From the NCBI GenBank assembly GCA_004563595.2, contig CP042461.1, forward strand, positions 1,170,001 to 1,202,000: a stretch of 32,000 nt of DNA, read 5' to 3'. Numbering within the stretch: the first letter of the stretch is position 1; the number at the start of each line of letters is the position of its first letter. The DNA is from Candidatus Saccharimonadota bacterium. Lineage in GTDB: Bacteria > Patescibacteriota > Gracilibacteria > BD1-5 > UBA6164. Positions 1 to 10,175 of the stretch are shown here, one piece after another. A program made the translations under genes and the position numbers. The notes under the pieces are model-generated. The model made no database searches. It saw nothing but the letters and a program-made list of their open reading frames with translations, and had not been told where the DNA came from.

Positions 1-183
1 TTCAAAAGTAATATCTTCTTTTTTCGTTTGTAATAATTTTGTAAAGAGGTCTTTTTCTTCGTTTAATAGTTCTCATAATAACTCTAAAGTTATATCTAAG
101 ACCTCTTTTGAAAAAAGAAAATTCAGATCTGGAAATTCTGGTTTTTTAAGCTCTATAATAATTTTATTTTTTATTTCGTTCAT
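1..183 (-). CDS. hypothetical protein, N-terminal part (gene runs off the window start)
   Basis: Minus-strand ATG at 183..181 opens a frame that leaves the window. Translation with TGA=Gly: MNEIKNKIIIELKKPEFPDLNFLFSKEVLDITLELLGELLNEEKDLFTKLLQTKKEDITFE. It only weakly resembles M3 oligopeptidase N-termini (from memory), so the product is left open. Confidence 0.5.
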
Positions 184-251
184 TTTTATTTATTTTTATG
201 TAAATTTATATAGAATGATTTTATAATTTTAAAAACTTATTTCAAGTAATA

Positions 252-929
252 ATGGAAATAAATAAAAATTTAGAGGCCGGCTGGAAAAAAGTATTACAGA
301 ATGAATTCCAAAAAGAGTATTTTCACAATATAGTAAATACTATTTCGCAAGATATTGAGAAATCAGAAACTCTCTACCCTCCAATACCTCTCATTTTTAA
401 TGCATTTAATCATACTCCTTTTGATAAGATAAAAGTAGTTATTTTATGACAAGATCCGTATCATGGAGAATGACAAGCTCATGGTCTTTGTTTTTCCGTT
501 CCAGAGTGAGTAAAAGCCCCACCAAGTTTGAAGAATATATTCAAAGAAATAAAAAATGACATAGGACTTGAAATAAAAGACACTTGATGTCTTGAACAAT
601 GGTCATCACAGTGAGTCTTTATGCTCAATGCAATACTTACAGTAAAAGCTGGAAAACCAGCAAGTCACAGTAAAATTTGATGGGAACAGTTCACTGATTC
701 AGTTATTAAAACTATTTCTGATAAAAAGGAATGAGTTGTCTTTTTGCTTTGGTGAGCATTTGCACAATCAAAAAAGTCACTTATTGATGACTCTAAACAT
801 ACCATTTTGGAAACCACTCATCCTTCCCCCTTTTCTGCATATAGGTGATTTTTAGGAAGTCACTGTTTTAGCGAAACAAATAAGGCTTTGAAAAAAATGG
901 GAAAGAAAGAAATTGATTGGAAGATATAA
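252..929 (+). CDS. ung: uracil-DNA glycosylase (family 1)
   Basis: ATG 252, TAA 927-929. With TGA=Gly the product shows [78 protein letters not shown] and a C-terminal IDW. All 9 in-frame TGA fall on conserved Gly positions. Confidence 0.95.
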
Positions 930-1019
930 CTTTTTGTCACCTTTCTTATTTATATTCGTTATAACATGCAAGAGACCTAAATCGCTCTTCATTACTTTAT
1001 AAATAATAATTACTTACTC

Positions 1020-1625
1020 ATGAAAACAACAAAAAATATATTAAAGATTCTTCTTTTACTTACTCTTAGTTCTTTCATATACCAAACAAGTGCTGAATAT
1101 AGAGTGTATGATAATGTATCAGAATTTGAAAAAGCCAAATGAGCAATATGTGAAGCTGCAACAGATTGATGTAATAATTACTTCATGACAAATGGAAAAG
1201 TAATGTGAGGAACAAAAATGTTCTGTCAGGATCAAAAAGTGGAATGGACTTGTACAAAACTCAAAGAATGAAGTGTTACTACTCTCTGATTACCAATGAC
1301 TACATGAATAGAGAATAGTACTGCAAGTGAAAATGATATAAATCTCCATAAACACCTCAGAAAAAACATCAAATCATCATATCAAAATAAAGTTGATACT
1401 CTCGTAAATAAAATTGAAGCAAGAGCATGAAAAATGTCTCCTCTTCTACAAGAAAGGTATTACGATAAATGGATCAATAAAATTGATAGCTTAATTTCAA
1501 AACTCTTAATGAAATACCCTGCAGATATAACCCTTCCAAAAAAGGCAAATACAGTATATCAAGTGCTCGAATTACTCAAACTTGAGATAGACCTCAACCT
1601 AAAACTGAATGTAGATCTAGAATAA
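1020..1625 (+). CDS. secreted hypothetical protein (signal peptide, Cys-containing N-domain, helical C-terminus)
   Basis: ATG 1020 is in frame with track ORF 1434..1625, with no TAA/TAG between. N-terminus MKTTKNILKILLLLTLSSFIYQTSAEY looks like a Sec signal. 7 in-frame TGA. Confidence 0.7.
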
Positions 1626-1661
1626 ACTTTTTCCTCCTTTCCTCTCTAGACTACATTCAGT

Positions 1662-1691
1662 AAAAAAGAAGCTGAAAAGCTTCTTTTTTTT
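1662..1691. terminator. bidirectional intrinsic terminator between convergent genes
   Basis: The sequence aaaaaAGAAGCtgaaaaGCTTCTttttttt has a 6-bp stem flanked by an A-run and a T-run. Confidence 0.7.
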
Positions 1692-1727
1692 GTCACAATA
1701 CATAATCCCATCTATTCTAACAAATAT

Positions 1728-2276
1728 TTACTCCACAATTATATCAAAACTATCCAAGAGTCAAAATACATTATCTCTCGAGAACTTAGTTTTTTCAAGA
1801 GTATTATTTAATGGGTTTATTGAATAATTCATAGCTCAAGTAAAGATTGTTTTTGTAAGGTTAGAGCTTAGGAATATAGACTTATCTAAGTCTGAGAAAC
1901 TAAGATCTGCTCATGTAAGATTTGTTCAAGTAAAATTTGACTCAAAAATATCAGAAGCTCAGAATCATATATTTTTTAAATTCATTTCATTAAATGAACA
2001 GAGTGTAATCATACAGTCTTTAAAATTGAAATATAATAATAAATCTTTCACTACACAAAAATCAACTCATAATATCTTTGTTTTTATAAATTCAACATTA
2101 TTAAAACACGTATTTTTTACACTAATATTTGATAGATTACATTTTTCAAATATACAATCATGAATTTTTTTTGTATCAAACTTATAATTTGAAAAATCTA
2201 TTCATGAAAAAGTAATGTTTGAAAATTCAGTTTCACTTATTATGTCTTGTAAATTATTTTCTGTTATTTTAGTCAT
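1728..2276 (-). CDS. pentapeptide repeat-containing protein
   Basis: ATG 2276..2274, TAA 1730..1728. Translation is dominated by A(D/N)LxX-type pentads: FSGIDFSNYKF, CIFEKCNLSNISVKNTCFNNVEF, ASDIFESNFTGTNLTGADLSFSDLDKSIFLSSNLTKTIFTGA. Confidence 0.8.
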
Positions 2277-2305
2277 GAATAGTAATAAAAAAATATTATT
2301 GCGAC

Positions 2306-3556
2306 TTATATTACTTCAATTTCATTTCTCCAAATATCTGACACTTCTTGCCTTTTCCTCATTTCAACTATTTCTCAGTTTGACTTTATAAGCAGTTCTC
2401 CTGCTTCTGGAAATGAGTTATAATTTTTCATAGACATAGACGAGTTATAGGCTCATGTTCATTCAACTACTATTGTATCTCAAATGCTAACTTTTGGAAG
2501 TGATATAGCCTCTAATTCTTCTTGAGAATAGAGTTTTGTAGTAAGTATATCTCAACTTTCACAACAATGCCCTACTACAACATATTCCTCAGTCTCTTCA
2601 GAGTCATTTAGTACAATAACTGGCTGTTGGACTCCATACATTGGAACTCTTGGCATTTCAGTCATTCAGGTATTTGTTCTGATAAATTTATACCCATTTT
2701 TTCAGGTATCAACTATATCATCTATTTTTGCAATCACACTACAAGAATTAATTACCATGTATTTTCCTGGTTCAACTTCTAGATGAACTTTTCTTCCTGT
2801 TTTTTCATAAAATTCCTCGAATTTTCCAGCAACACTTTTTCAAATAGCCTGTAAGTCAGCTGATTGCTCATATGGCATAATTGCTTTTTTGAATCAACCT
2901 CCCATATCAAGGATCGTAGCTGATTCAAATTGTGAAATAAAATTTAAACCAATACTTGCAGACTCAGTCCATGATTCTGGTGTATTTTCTGAACCAATAT
3001 GAATATGAATTTTTGAGATTTCTAGATTATATCTCTCTGCTAATTCTTTCACTTCTGGAACATATTCATGCCAAATACCAAAAGCTGAAGTTTCTCATCC
3101 AGTAGAAATAGCCTTGAAAGCTCATGATCCCATACCTGGATTTAATCTTACTCATATTTTTATTCCTGATTTTATTTTTCCAACTTCTTCTATTTGTTTT
3201 AAACTGGTTGCTACCATGAAGACTCATTTTTCAATAAGATCAACTAAGTTTCTAGGGGTTTCTTGCCCAGATATTTGTAAATCTTCTCACCTGTATCCAG
3301 CTTGTAATGCTCTATAAGCTTCGTATTCAGAGCTACAATCAATTTTAATTCCTTTATTTTTGAATATTTTTAATATATTTATGTTTGCATTCGCTTTCAT
3401 TGCATACCTTACGGTATGACCAAATGCATGTGGGAAAGCTAAAAAATTATCAGCTGCTTCTATGAGCTTCTCTTCTGAATAGACATATACTGGTGTAGTA
3501 AAGTTCTCTTCTATATCTGATATTTGTTCCCTTGTTAAAAAATTTAATTCGTGCAT
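2306..3556 (-). CDS. lysA: PLP-dependent Orn/DAP/Arg decarboxylase family 2 enzyme, most like diaminopimelate decarboxylase
   Basis: Every codon from ATG 3556 to TAA 2308..2306 was translated (417 codons, 14 in-frame TGA, no TAA/TAG). Motifs: RYAMKAN (PLP Lys), GGETSAFGIW, HIHIGS, LDMGGGF, EPGKYMV, GHCCESGD, GAYNSSMS. The CESGD motif favours LysA over ODC (from memory). Confidence 0.8.
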
Positions 3557-3579
3557 TTTTTGATTCTTAATTTTTAAAT

Positions 3580-4482
3580 TTATGCTGGTTCTGAAGTTTT
3601 TACACCCTCTGATCTCGTAAAACGAGTAAAATTTCAAGTTTCTTGACCTAAACATTGTAATCAATTTTTTGCATTTGATATATATGCTTCTCTTATCCCA
3701 TACATTAAGCACTGCATCACACATATAAATTTTGAGTCCATATTTCAAGTTGATTGTAAACTTATTTTTTTATGTATATATTTTCAATATTTTTTTATAT
3801 AATAATCAAACTTTTCTAAATCTATTTCCTCTCAAGGTAAAGTTTTTTTATTTCCATCATATATTCAATTTGTATCTGTCAGGTTTACAATATTATTGAT
3901 TTCAAATGATAATTGATCTCTATATCTATAAGCTACCTCTGCTGTATAACATAAGTTCTGATCATTATCAGTCTTTTTACTTATTCGCTCAAGCTCAATT
4001 GAACTTTGACCATCGTTATGGTTTAATATTGGCATTACTCACGATTCTAACGCATCATTAACCCCTTGAATAAAAGTTAAATCTTTATCATGATGTGCAT
4101 TTTGTAATGTTTTACGAGCATAATAATTAAATTTATTTTGTAAATCTAAAGGGATATCCAAATCACTTGCATACGCATATAAATATTCCTCATTTATATA
4201 ATCATCTATCAATACCTGACCAACAGGCTTTGATGAATATTGTTGATATTTTTGCATCAAAATTGGCTGTCAAACTAAGGCACAAACAGACCTTAACGTA
4301 TTCTTTGGCATTACGTTACTTCATTCAGAAACAGCTCATGATGTTATAAGCACTACCCTATTTTTAGTTTCATTTTCAAGCTTTTCAACATCTGACATTA
4401 ATTTCTTTATATTCTGATTATTCACAGAATCACTTCATATTTTTACTAATGTTACTTGAGTTTTTTCAGCATTTACTTTCAT
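3580..4482 (-). CDS. proB: amino-acid kinase family protein, glutamate 5-kinase-like (no PUA domain)
   Basis: ATG 4482..4480; the frame stays open through the track stop (TGA 4039-4041) to TAA 3582..3580. Motifs: LVKIGSDSV, VVLITSGAVSEG, ALVGQPILMQKY, ILNHNDGQS, NLTDTNGIY, STGNMDSKFICVMQCLMYGI (resembles the GTGGMxTK motif). Stop lies 23 nt upstream of the decarboxylase ATG. Confidence 0.7.
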
Positions 4483-4571
4483 TTTTTTGATAAATTAAAT
4501 AAAAAAGAACTATTTATATGAAAATAGCTCTTTTGTAATGTACAAATAATTCATTTACACACTCAAAGCAA

Positions 4572-4602
4572 CCATTTTCAAAGTTTTTGAAAATGGCTTT
4601 TT
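4572..4602. terminator. terminator-like 11-bp perfect hairpin plus T-run
   Basis: CCATTTTCAAAgttTTTGAAAATGGcttttt. The T-run is better on the plus strand, although the nearest upstream gene (4677..5684) is on the minus strand. Confidence 0.4.
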
Positions 4603-4676
4603 CGGAGATATAGTAAATAGAGTATTCATGTGTGTACATGTAAGAATATATGATGTATTTATATTAGAATTCCTGC

Positions 4677-5684
4677 TTAAGTCAAGATTTTTAAGATTTC
4701 ATCTGTTTTTTTACTGTAACTAAAGGCAATGAAGTTAATTCCATAGACCTGTGATAGAATCATGGAGTGGAGCCTCATACCAAAACATATATCTACTTTT
4801 TTTTGTTTATATATATCATATGACTCCTGCATATCCTTAGTAATTTTAAGATCATACTTTCTGGCAAAGTATTCTAGAAAACTGTAATCATTTGCGAGAT
4901 TATCTGTTTGATGAAAAGAATTTGATATTAATATAACCGTTCATCACTGAGACTGAATATTTTCAATTATTTTTTCTATACTTCTTATTTCATTTTTTAA
5001 ATACCCTTTTCTAAAAGCAATTCATACTTTTTTTCAAGAAAGATCTATTCCTTTCATAGCCCTCATATCAAATTTTGAACAATTGATTTTTTTAATGAGT
5101 TTTGTATTTTTTAAAAACTCTTGAGAATCTCCATCATCACTAAATACAGGATCTAAAATTATTTTTGATTCTATTCAAAGCTCTTCTAATAAATTATACG
5201 AGTATGAGTCTCTCACTGTAACCTCTGTATTTCATGAAAAAATTTGTTTTATTTTTTTGTAATTTTTTCTATTTTTAATATTCAGTCAAATCGCATAAAA
5301 AAGTACTTTTTTATTGAAAAATTTAAATAGAGTACTTCTAAAAGCCCATTGATTCAGTGGGTTTTTTACAGATTGAAGCTCAGTATCATATATAATCCCC
5401 CCTCCTCATACAACTATGAGATCTGATTTTTTTACTACACTCAAAAAACAAGAAAAATTGTTTTTATTTCTTAAAAAATTTTGTGGTTTTTTGACATTTA
5501 TAGGAAAATATTCAACGTATTCAACGTTATTTGCAACATAAAAAGGATTTTCTATATCATATGTGAAAACATAAAACTGAGTATCAGATCAATACTTCTC
5601 TTCTAAGATTTTTATTTCATTTTTCAAAATGAGTTCATCTCAAAGATTTTGTGATCAAATAGATGCGAAAATTGATATAATCAT
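4677..5684 (-). CDS. polysaccharide pyruvyl transferase family protein (CsaB-like)
   Basis: ATG 5684..5682, TAA 4679..4677, length divisible by 3. Motifs: ASIGSQNLGDELIL, LIVVGGGGIIYD, FGMRLHSMILSQVYGINFIAFSYSKK. Confidence 0.75.
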
Positions 5685-5731
5685 GGAATATTTTAGTTAT
5701 GCTATTTGAAAATATTATATTCAAAAACAGT

Positions 5732-5752
5732 AAAAAGCTAGATAAAATCTAG
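5732..5752 (-). terminator. intrinsic terminator after the antitoxin gene
   Basis: Hairpin CTAGAtaaaaTCTAG sits just past the stop 5757-5759, followed on the minus strand by a U-run (plus-strand aaaaa 5732-5736). Confidence 0.55.
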
Positions 5753-5756
5753 TTTT

Positions 5757-6035
5757 TTATATCTCTATTTTTATTTTTGCATCTAATCAAGATAAAATTC
5801 TTCATAATGTTTTCATACTGATATTTGCATTTCAGCTTTCTATTCTTGCAATTACAGACTGAGTTGTTCATATTTTTTTTGCAAGTTCGAATTGTGAAAG
5901 TCTTCTTTTATTCCTAATTTCTTTAATTTGAATACTTAAAAGCTCATTTAATAAAGCTTTTTCGCATTTTTCTTTTAACGTTGGGTCTTTTCTAAAAAGC
6001 TCTTCCATATGAGCATCAAAAGTATTTTCTTTCAT
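5757..6035 (-). CDS. higA: XRE-family helix-turn-helix antitoxin (HigA-like)
   Basis: ATG 6035..6033, TAA 5759..5757. Contains IKEIRNKRRLSQFELAKKIGTTQSVIARIESGNANISMKTLGRIL, a typical HTH_3 domain. It follows the toxin gene, the higBA gene order. Confidence 0.8.
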
Positions 6036-6050
6036 TTTTTAAAATATTAT

Positions 6051-6088
6051 ATTATATCAACTATGCTATATTATATCAAATATGCTAT
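6051..6088. repeat. tandem 19-bp direct repeat (2 copies, 1 mismatch)
   Basis: attatatcaaCtatgctat / attatatcaaAtatgctat. It spans the toxin stop codon and lies just upstream of the antitoxin ATG. Confidence 0.8.
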
Positions 6089-6438
6089 ATTTTTCAAGCC
6101 CTTTTTATATAATCGTACTTATATTCTTCTACTCTTTTAATAATAGATCATTTTAATTTATTATCTTTTTTTAAAAAACCATCTAGTAATAACACAACAT
6201 TATCCTGATGATGAAAATAAAACATTCTTCCTATATTATTTCCGTACCTTATTCTTAACTCAAATATACCATTTTTAATATATTTTACATCTCATGCCCC
6301 TAGCAAATCAAAACTTGATAGTTTAATTTTTCAATATACCTTTGATAATAAACCTGGTTGTTCATGAGCCATTTTAGTTAAAAATATTTTCATTGGAATA
6401 GCTCAATTTTCTTTTTCATAATATATAACCTCTTTCAT
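6085..6438 (-). CDS. higB: RelE/ParE-superfamily toxin, HigB / phage Gp49-like
   Basis: ATG 6438..6436, TAG 6087..6085. Contains GIFELRIRYGNNIGRMFYFHHQDNVVLLLDGFLKKDNKLKGSIIKRVEEY, the typical Gp49/HigB core, and lies upstream of an HTH antitoxin. Confidence 0.75.
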
Positions 6439-6455
6439 TCTTCATTTATTAAATT

Positions 6456-7991
6456 CTAATCCTCTTTCTTTCTAAAACTCAAAGCTTCAGCTATATCGGG
6501 GACTTCTATTCTTTCTTTTCATGATAAATCTGCTATTGTTCTAGATAACTTTAGGATTCTATAATAAGCTCTTGCTGATAGGTTCATATTTGTAACTGCT
6601 TGTTTGAGAATTCTATCAGCCTCATCATTTAGCTGGCAATATTTATTGATTTCCTGAGTTCACATTTCACTGTTAAAGGTGATCTGAGTTCATTGAAACC
6701 TTTTTAATTGGAGAGTTCTTGATTGCTCTACTCTTTTTTTGATATCAGAGGATGTTTCTGACGATGAATAATCATCACTTACTTTAAACTTCTCTGTTTT
6801 TACTTTTGGGACTTCAATAAATATATCCACTCTGTCTACAAGTGGTCAAGAAAGCCTTCATCTATAATTTTCAACTTGTTTATGTGAACATATACAGTCT
6901 TTATCAGGATCCGTCAAAAAACCACATGGGCATGGATTCATGGCTCAGACTAATATAAATTGGGCTGGATAATTGTATGATGCATTCACTCTATTTACAG
7001 TAATATTTCCATCCTCTAAAGGTTGTCTTAAAACTTCTAAAACTGATTTTTGAAATTCTAATATTTCATCTAAAAATAATACTCCCTTATGTGCAAGAGA
7101 AATCTCTCATGGTTTCGCATTTCTTCATCAACCAACAATACTTACTGAACTCGCTGTGTGATGAACGGTTCTAAATGGTCTTTTCCTAATGATAGGGTTT
7201 TTACTATCAAGAAGTCATGATATACTATAGAGTTTTGAGACCTCTACAGCTTCATCAATTGTTAGGTCTGGTAAAATCGTTGCAAAAGCTTTACTGAGCA
7301 TAGTTTTTCCACTTCATGGAGGACCATCCATAATAATATTGTGTCAGCCAGAAGCTGCTATTTCCAAGGCTCTTTTTGCATGCTCTTGTCATAAGACATA
7401 TTTAAAATTAAATTTATTTTCTTCTATCATATCATCGTGTCATTTTGTAAAATCTAGAAGTGGAGCAATATTTAATTCTTTTTCATTATTAAGAAAAGCT
7501 ATTATTTCATCAAGAGATTCAGTGACTACTACATCAATTCAAGGAATGATGGATGCTTCGAGTGCATTTTCTTTGGGGACAAAGATACGTTTAAATCACC
7601 TTTCTTTTGCTCAAATAGTTGCTGGCAATACTCAGCCTACTTTTCTCAACTTCCCATCGAGAGATAATTCTCACAGAAAAATAGAATCTTTCATCAGGTC
7701 TTTATTGATTACATCTTGATTCAATAAAATCCCAATAGCAATTGGTAAGTCAAAACATGGTCCTGATTTCTTTATATCAGCTGGTGCAAGGTTCACAGTA
7801 ATTCGTGATGTTGGTAATTTGTTCCTTGCTGATTTCATCGCAGATCTGAGTCTTTCTTTACTTTCCTGTATTCATTGATCTGGAAGTCAAACTATTGTAA
7901 AGCTTGGTAATCCATTATTTATATCAACCTCAACTTCAATCAATTCTGAATTGAGTCCATTCACCGTAATAGAATATACTTTTGATATCAT
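6456..7991 (-). CDS. comM: YifB/ComM family Mg-chelatase-like ATPase
   Basis: ATG 7991..7989, TAG 6458..6456 (512 codons). Motifs: Lon-like N-domain [26 protein letters not shown], Walker A MDGPPGSGKTM (Gly encoded by TGA), Walker [26 protein letters not shown]-terminal [19 protein letters not shown]. Confidence 0.92.
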
Positions 7992-8064
7992 AACTCCTTT
8001 TTGTTATATACTAAATATATACATACTATATACCTTTTATTTGAAATGTAAATTATTTTCACAA

Positions 8065-8088
8065 TAAAAAGAGCCAAAGCTCTTTTTA
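8065..8088 (-). terminator. intrinsic terminator overlapping the dehydrogenase stop
   Basis: aaaaAGAGCcaaaGCTCTtttt, flanked by an A-run and a T-run. Confidence 0.55.
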
Positions 8089-8970
8089 TATATCCAATTC
8101 TTTAAAATAATGCATTTTTTCTTCTGCCTCTTTTGTCATGGCTCAGATATGGGGGGTGATCATACAATTTTCTAATTCTAATAATTCAATTTTTGGATCA
8201 TTTGGCTCTTCTTCCCATACGTCTAAGAATGCTCATGATTCAGGATTTTCAGAGAGAAATTCTATAAGTTTATTTTCATTTATAATTCCTCCTCTTGATG
8301 TATTAATGAGAAGTGTGTCTTTTTGTAAGAGTTTAAATTCTTTTTTTCATAAAAAATTTCTTGTAGAATCTAGTAAAGGAATATGGAAACTAATCATATC
8401 ACAATTTTTAAAAATATCTTTTTTGTCTCCTGCGTAACTACAGTATTCAAAGCTTTCAACGTCTTGCTTTTTTAAAAATGGATCAAATATAAGAAACTGT
8501 GTTACTCCAAATCATTTCAATCTTTCATATACTTTTTTTCAAATATTTCAAAATCATATTATCCCAACGGTTCTTCAATTTAACTCTCTTCACATATAAA
8601 AAAACCTATTCTCAATCCCATCAAACTCATCTTGAATTTTTCTAGATACGTTAAGAATCCCCGTAATTACTAAGTCAGCTACACTGTCAGCATTTGCTCA
8701 TGGAGTATTACATATTTGTATTCCTCTTTTGCTACATTCATCCCTATCTATCTTTTCAAGTCATACCCCAACCCTACAAACATATTGTAAATTTTTATAG
8801 GTATCCAAAAGTGAACTATTTACTTCAATATTTGAACGAACAATAATTACATCAACTTCATCATTATCATATTTATCTCAAATTTTTACTATTTTATTTT
8901 TCTTATTATCAAGATAAGTAAGATAACCTTGTTTAATTTCTGGTTCATTTTCAAGTAATGCAATTAACAT
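8086..8970 (-). CDS. D-isomer-specific 2-hydroxyacid dehydrogenase family protein (phosphoglycerate dehydrogenase-like)
   Basis: ATG 8970..8968, TAA 8088..8086. Motifs: RVGVGLEKID, NTPGANADSVADL, NAD fold GRTVGIIGFGNIGKKV (four of the Gly are TGA), LINTSRGGII, LDVWEEEP, ITPHIS. Confidence 0.85.
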
Positions 8971-9048
8971 TTTTTTTATTTCAAACAATAAATCTCCTCA
9001 AGTTTAGCTTGAAAGATAAATTTGTAAAGGAAAATCACAAGAATATTA

Positions 9049-9076
9049 TTGCATAATTTCACGTTTTTCATACAAT
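9049..9076 (+). promoter_or_regulatory. candidate sigma-70-type promoter for the lipoprotein/holB pair
   Basis: TTGCAT, a 16-nt spacer, then TACAAT, about 37 nt upstream of ATG 9113. Pattern match only. Confidence 0.35.
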
Positions 9077-9112
9077 AGTCTCTATTAATATATTTATAAC
9101 CACACAAGGAAA

Positions 9113-9430
9113 ATGAAAAAAATAATTGCATTACTTTTTGTTACTCTACTTATAAGTTCATGTGGTTCTTCAAAAAATGAAGAGACTCCTTCTCACTCTG
9201 AAACATCTCCAGCAGTGACAACTGAAGAAACATGAGAGACTCCTACTAATACTGAAACTCCTGCAGCAGAAACTGAAGCTAAAACAACTACAGAAGATGA
9301 AAAAAAGGCTCTTCCTGAAACAGATAACTCTTCATCTGAAACTGAAACAAAAACTGAAGATGAGCTTGTTGATGAAACTATTCAAGAAATCGATGACTTA
9401 TTTAAATTATTAGAATCTGATGATAAATAA
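9113..9430 (+). CDS. acidic low-complexity lipoprotein
   Basis: MKKIIALLFVTLLISSCGSS carries a signal and an ISSC lipobox. The mature part is a T/E-rich repeat. TAA at 9428-9430. Confidence 0.75.
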
Positions 9431-10115
9431 AAATATCATAGAACAAATTACTCAAAAAATAGACAAGGATGAAGAGATTTCTCCTTGTTTATTTTTATGA
9501 AAAAATTGAGACATTTTAAACTCAAATGTAGAAAGTTTTGCACAAGAAATAGCAAAAAAATATGAAATCCCCCTTTCTTATATTTACACTCTAAAAGACG
9601 ATTGAGAAAAAATAAAAATTGCCGATATAAAAAGATTTTTAGAATTCTCAGTTTCAAGACCTCCCTATAAAGTTCAAATTTTTATCATTGAAAACATATC
9701 TAGGCTGACACTACAATCTGCAAATAGTTGTCTGAAATTTTTTGAAGAACCTTGAAAGCAAAATCTCATATTCCTAACAAATAATTCTGAAAGTGGAGTT
9801 TTGGATACCATACTTTCTAGAACAAGAAATATTGATATGGGGTGAGCTTCTTTTTCTAAAAAAGATGAATTTTATTTTTCACTTATCAAAAGCTACACTC
9901 AATCTAAAAGCACTGAAATATTTTCTTATTTTTTCAGAAATAAATTAGAAAAAAGTGATTATATTAAGTTTTTAGAAAACTTAATCTTGTACGCAAAAGA
10001 AAATCTTTGCTTCATTGACTTATTAACAGATATAGAGGAAGATATAAATGCGATACAACAAAATAATGTCTCAGCAAAATATATAGTTGATAAATACTTA
10101 CTTATAATAAAGTAG
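9420..10115 (+). CDS. holB: DNA polymerase III delta-prime subunit-like (short)
   Basis: ATG 9420 is the first start after an in-frame TAG at 9411 and overlaps the lipoprotein gene by 11 nt. TAG at 10113-10115. Motifs: PCLFLGKNG, IKIADIKRF, VQIFIIENISRLTLQSANSCLKFFEEPG, IFLTNNSESGVLDTILSRT. Confidence 0.7.
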
Positions 10116-10126
10116 GAAAAATTTTA

Positions 10127-10175
10127 ACCCCTCCCCTTTCACTCCGTTTCAGGTACTCCCTTTGAAAAAGGGAGA
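10127..10175. other. GC-rich island with a perfect 8-bp hairpin in the holB to pilin-like spacer
   Basis: aaCCCCTCCCCTTTCACTCCGTTTCAGGTACTCCCTTTgaaAAAGGGAG contrasts with the AT-rich flanks. The CTCCCT..AGGGAG hairpin resembles those in the element at 28262..28396. Confidence 0.5.

Noticed and set aside
252-929. Alternative explanations for the in-frame TGAs: UGA=Trp (table 4), selenocysteine, or pseudogenes.
   Set aside because: TGA aligns to invariant Gly in many independent motifs while Trp is encoded by TGG. The density (3-4 per 100 codons in nearly every gene) is far too high for selenocysteine or for pseudogenisation of an otherwise intact gene set.
3557-3748. N-terminal extension of track ORF 3287..3748 (MKYGLKIYMCDAV...).
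   Set aside because: This stretch is occupied in another frame by the conserved C-terminus of the glutamate-5-kinase-like gene (STGNMDSKF..YGI), which ends at 3580. The decarboxylase homology begins at the internal Met (ATG 3556).
7339-7719. Long plus-strand track ORFs at 7339..7719, 8138..8437, 12926..13282, 22757..23035, 29079..29381 and 30163..30360.
   Set aside because: Each lies antisense to a minus-strand gene with strong family motifs (comM, dehydrogenase, GT4, hflX, nrdD). Their translations are low-complexity with no motifs, so they are shadow ORFs of AT-rich coding DNA.
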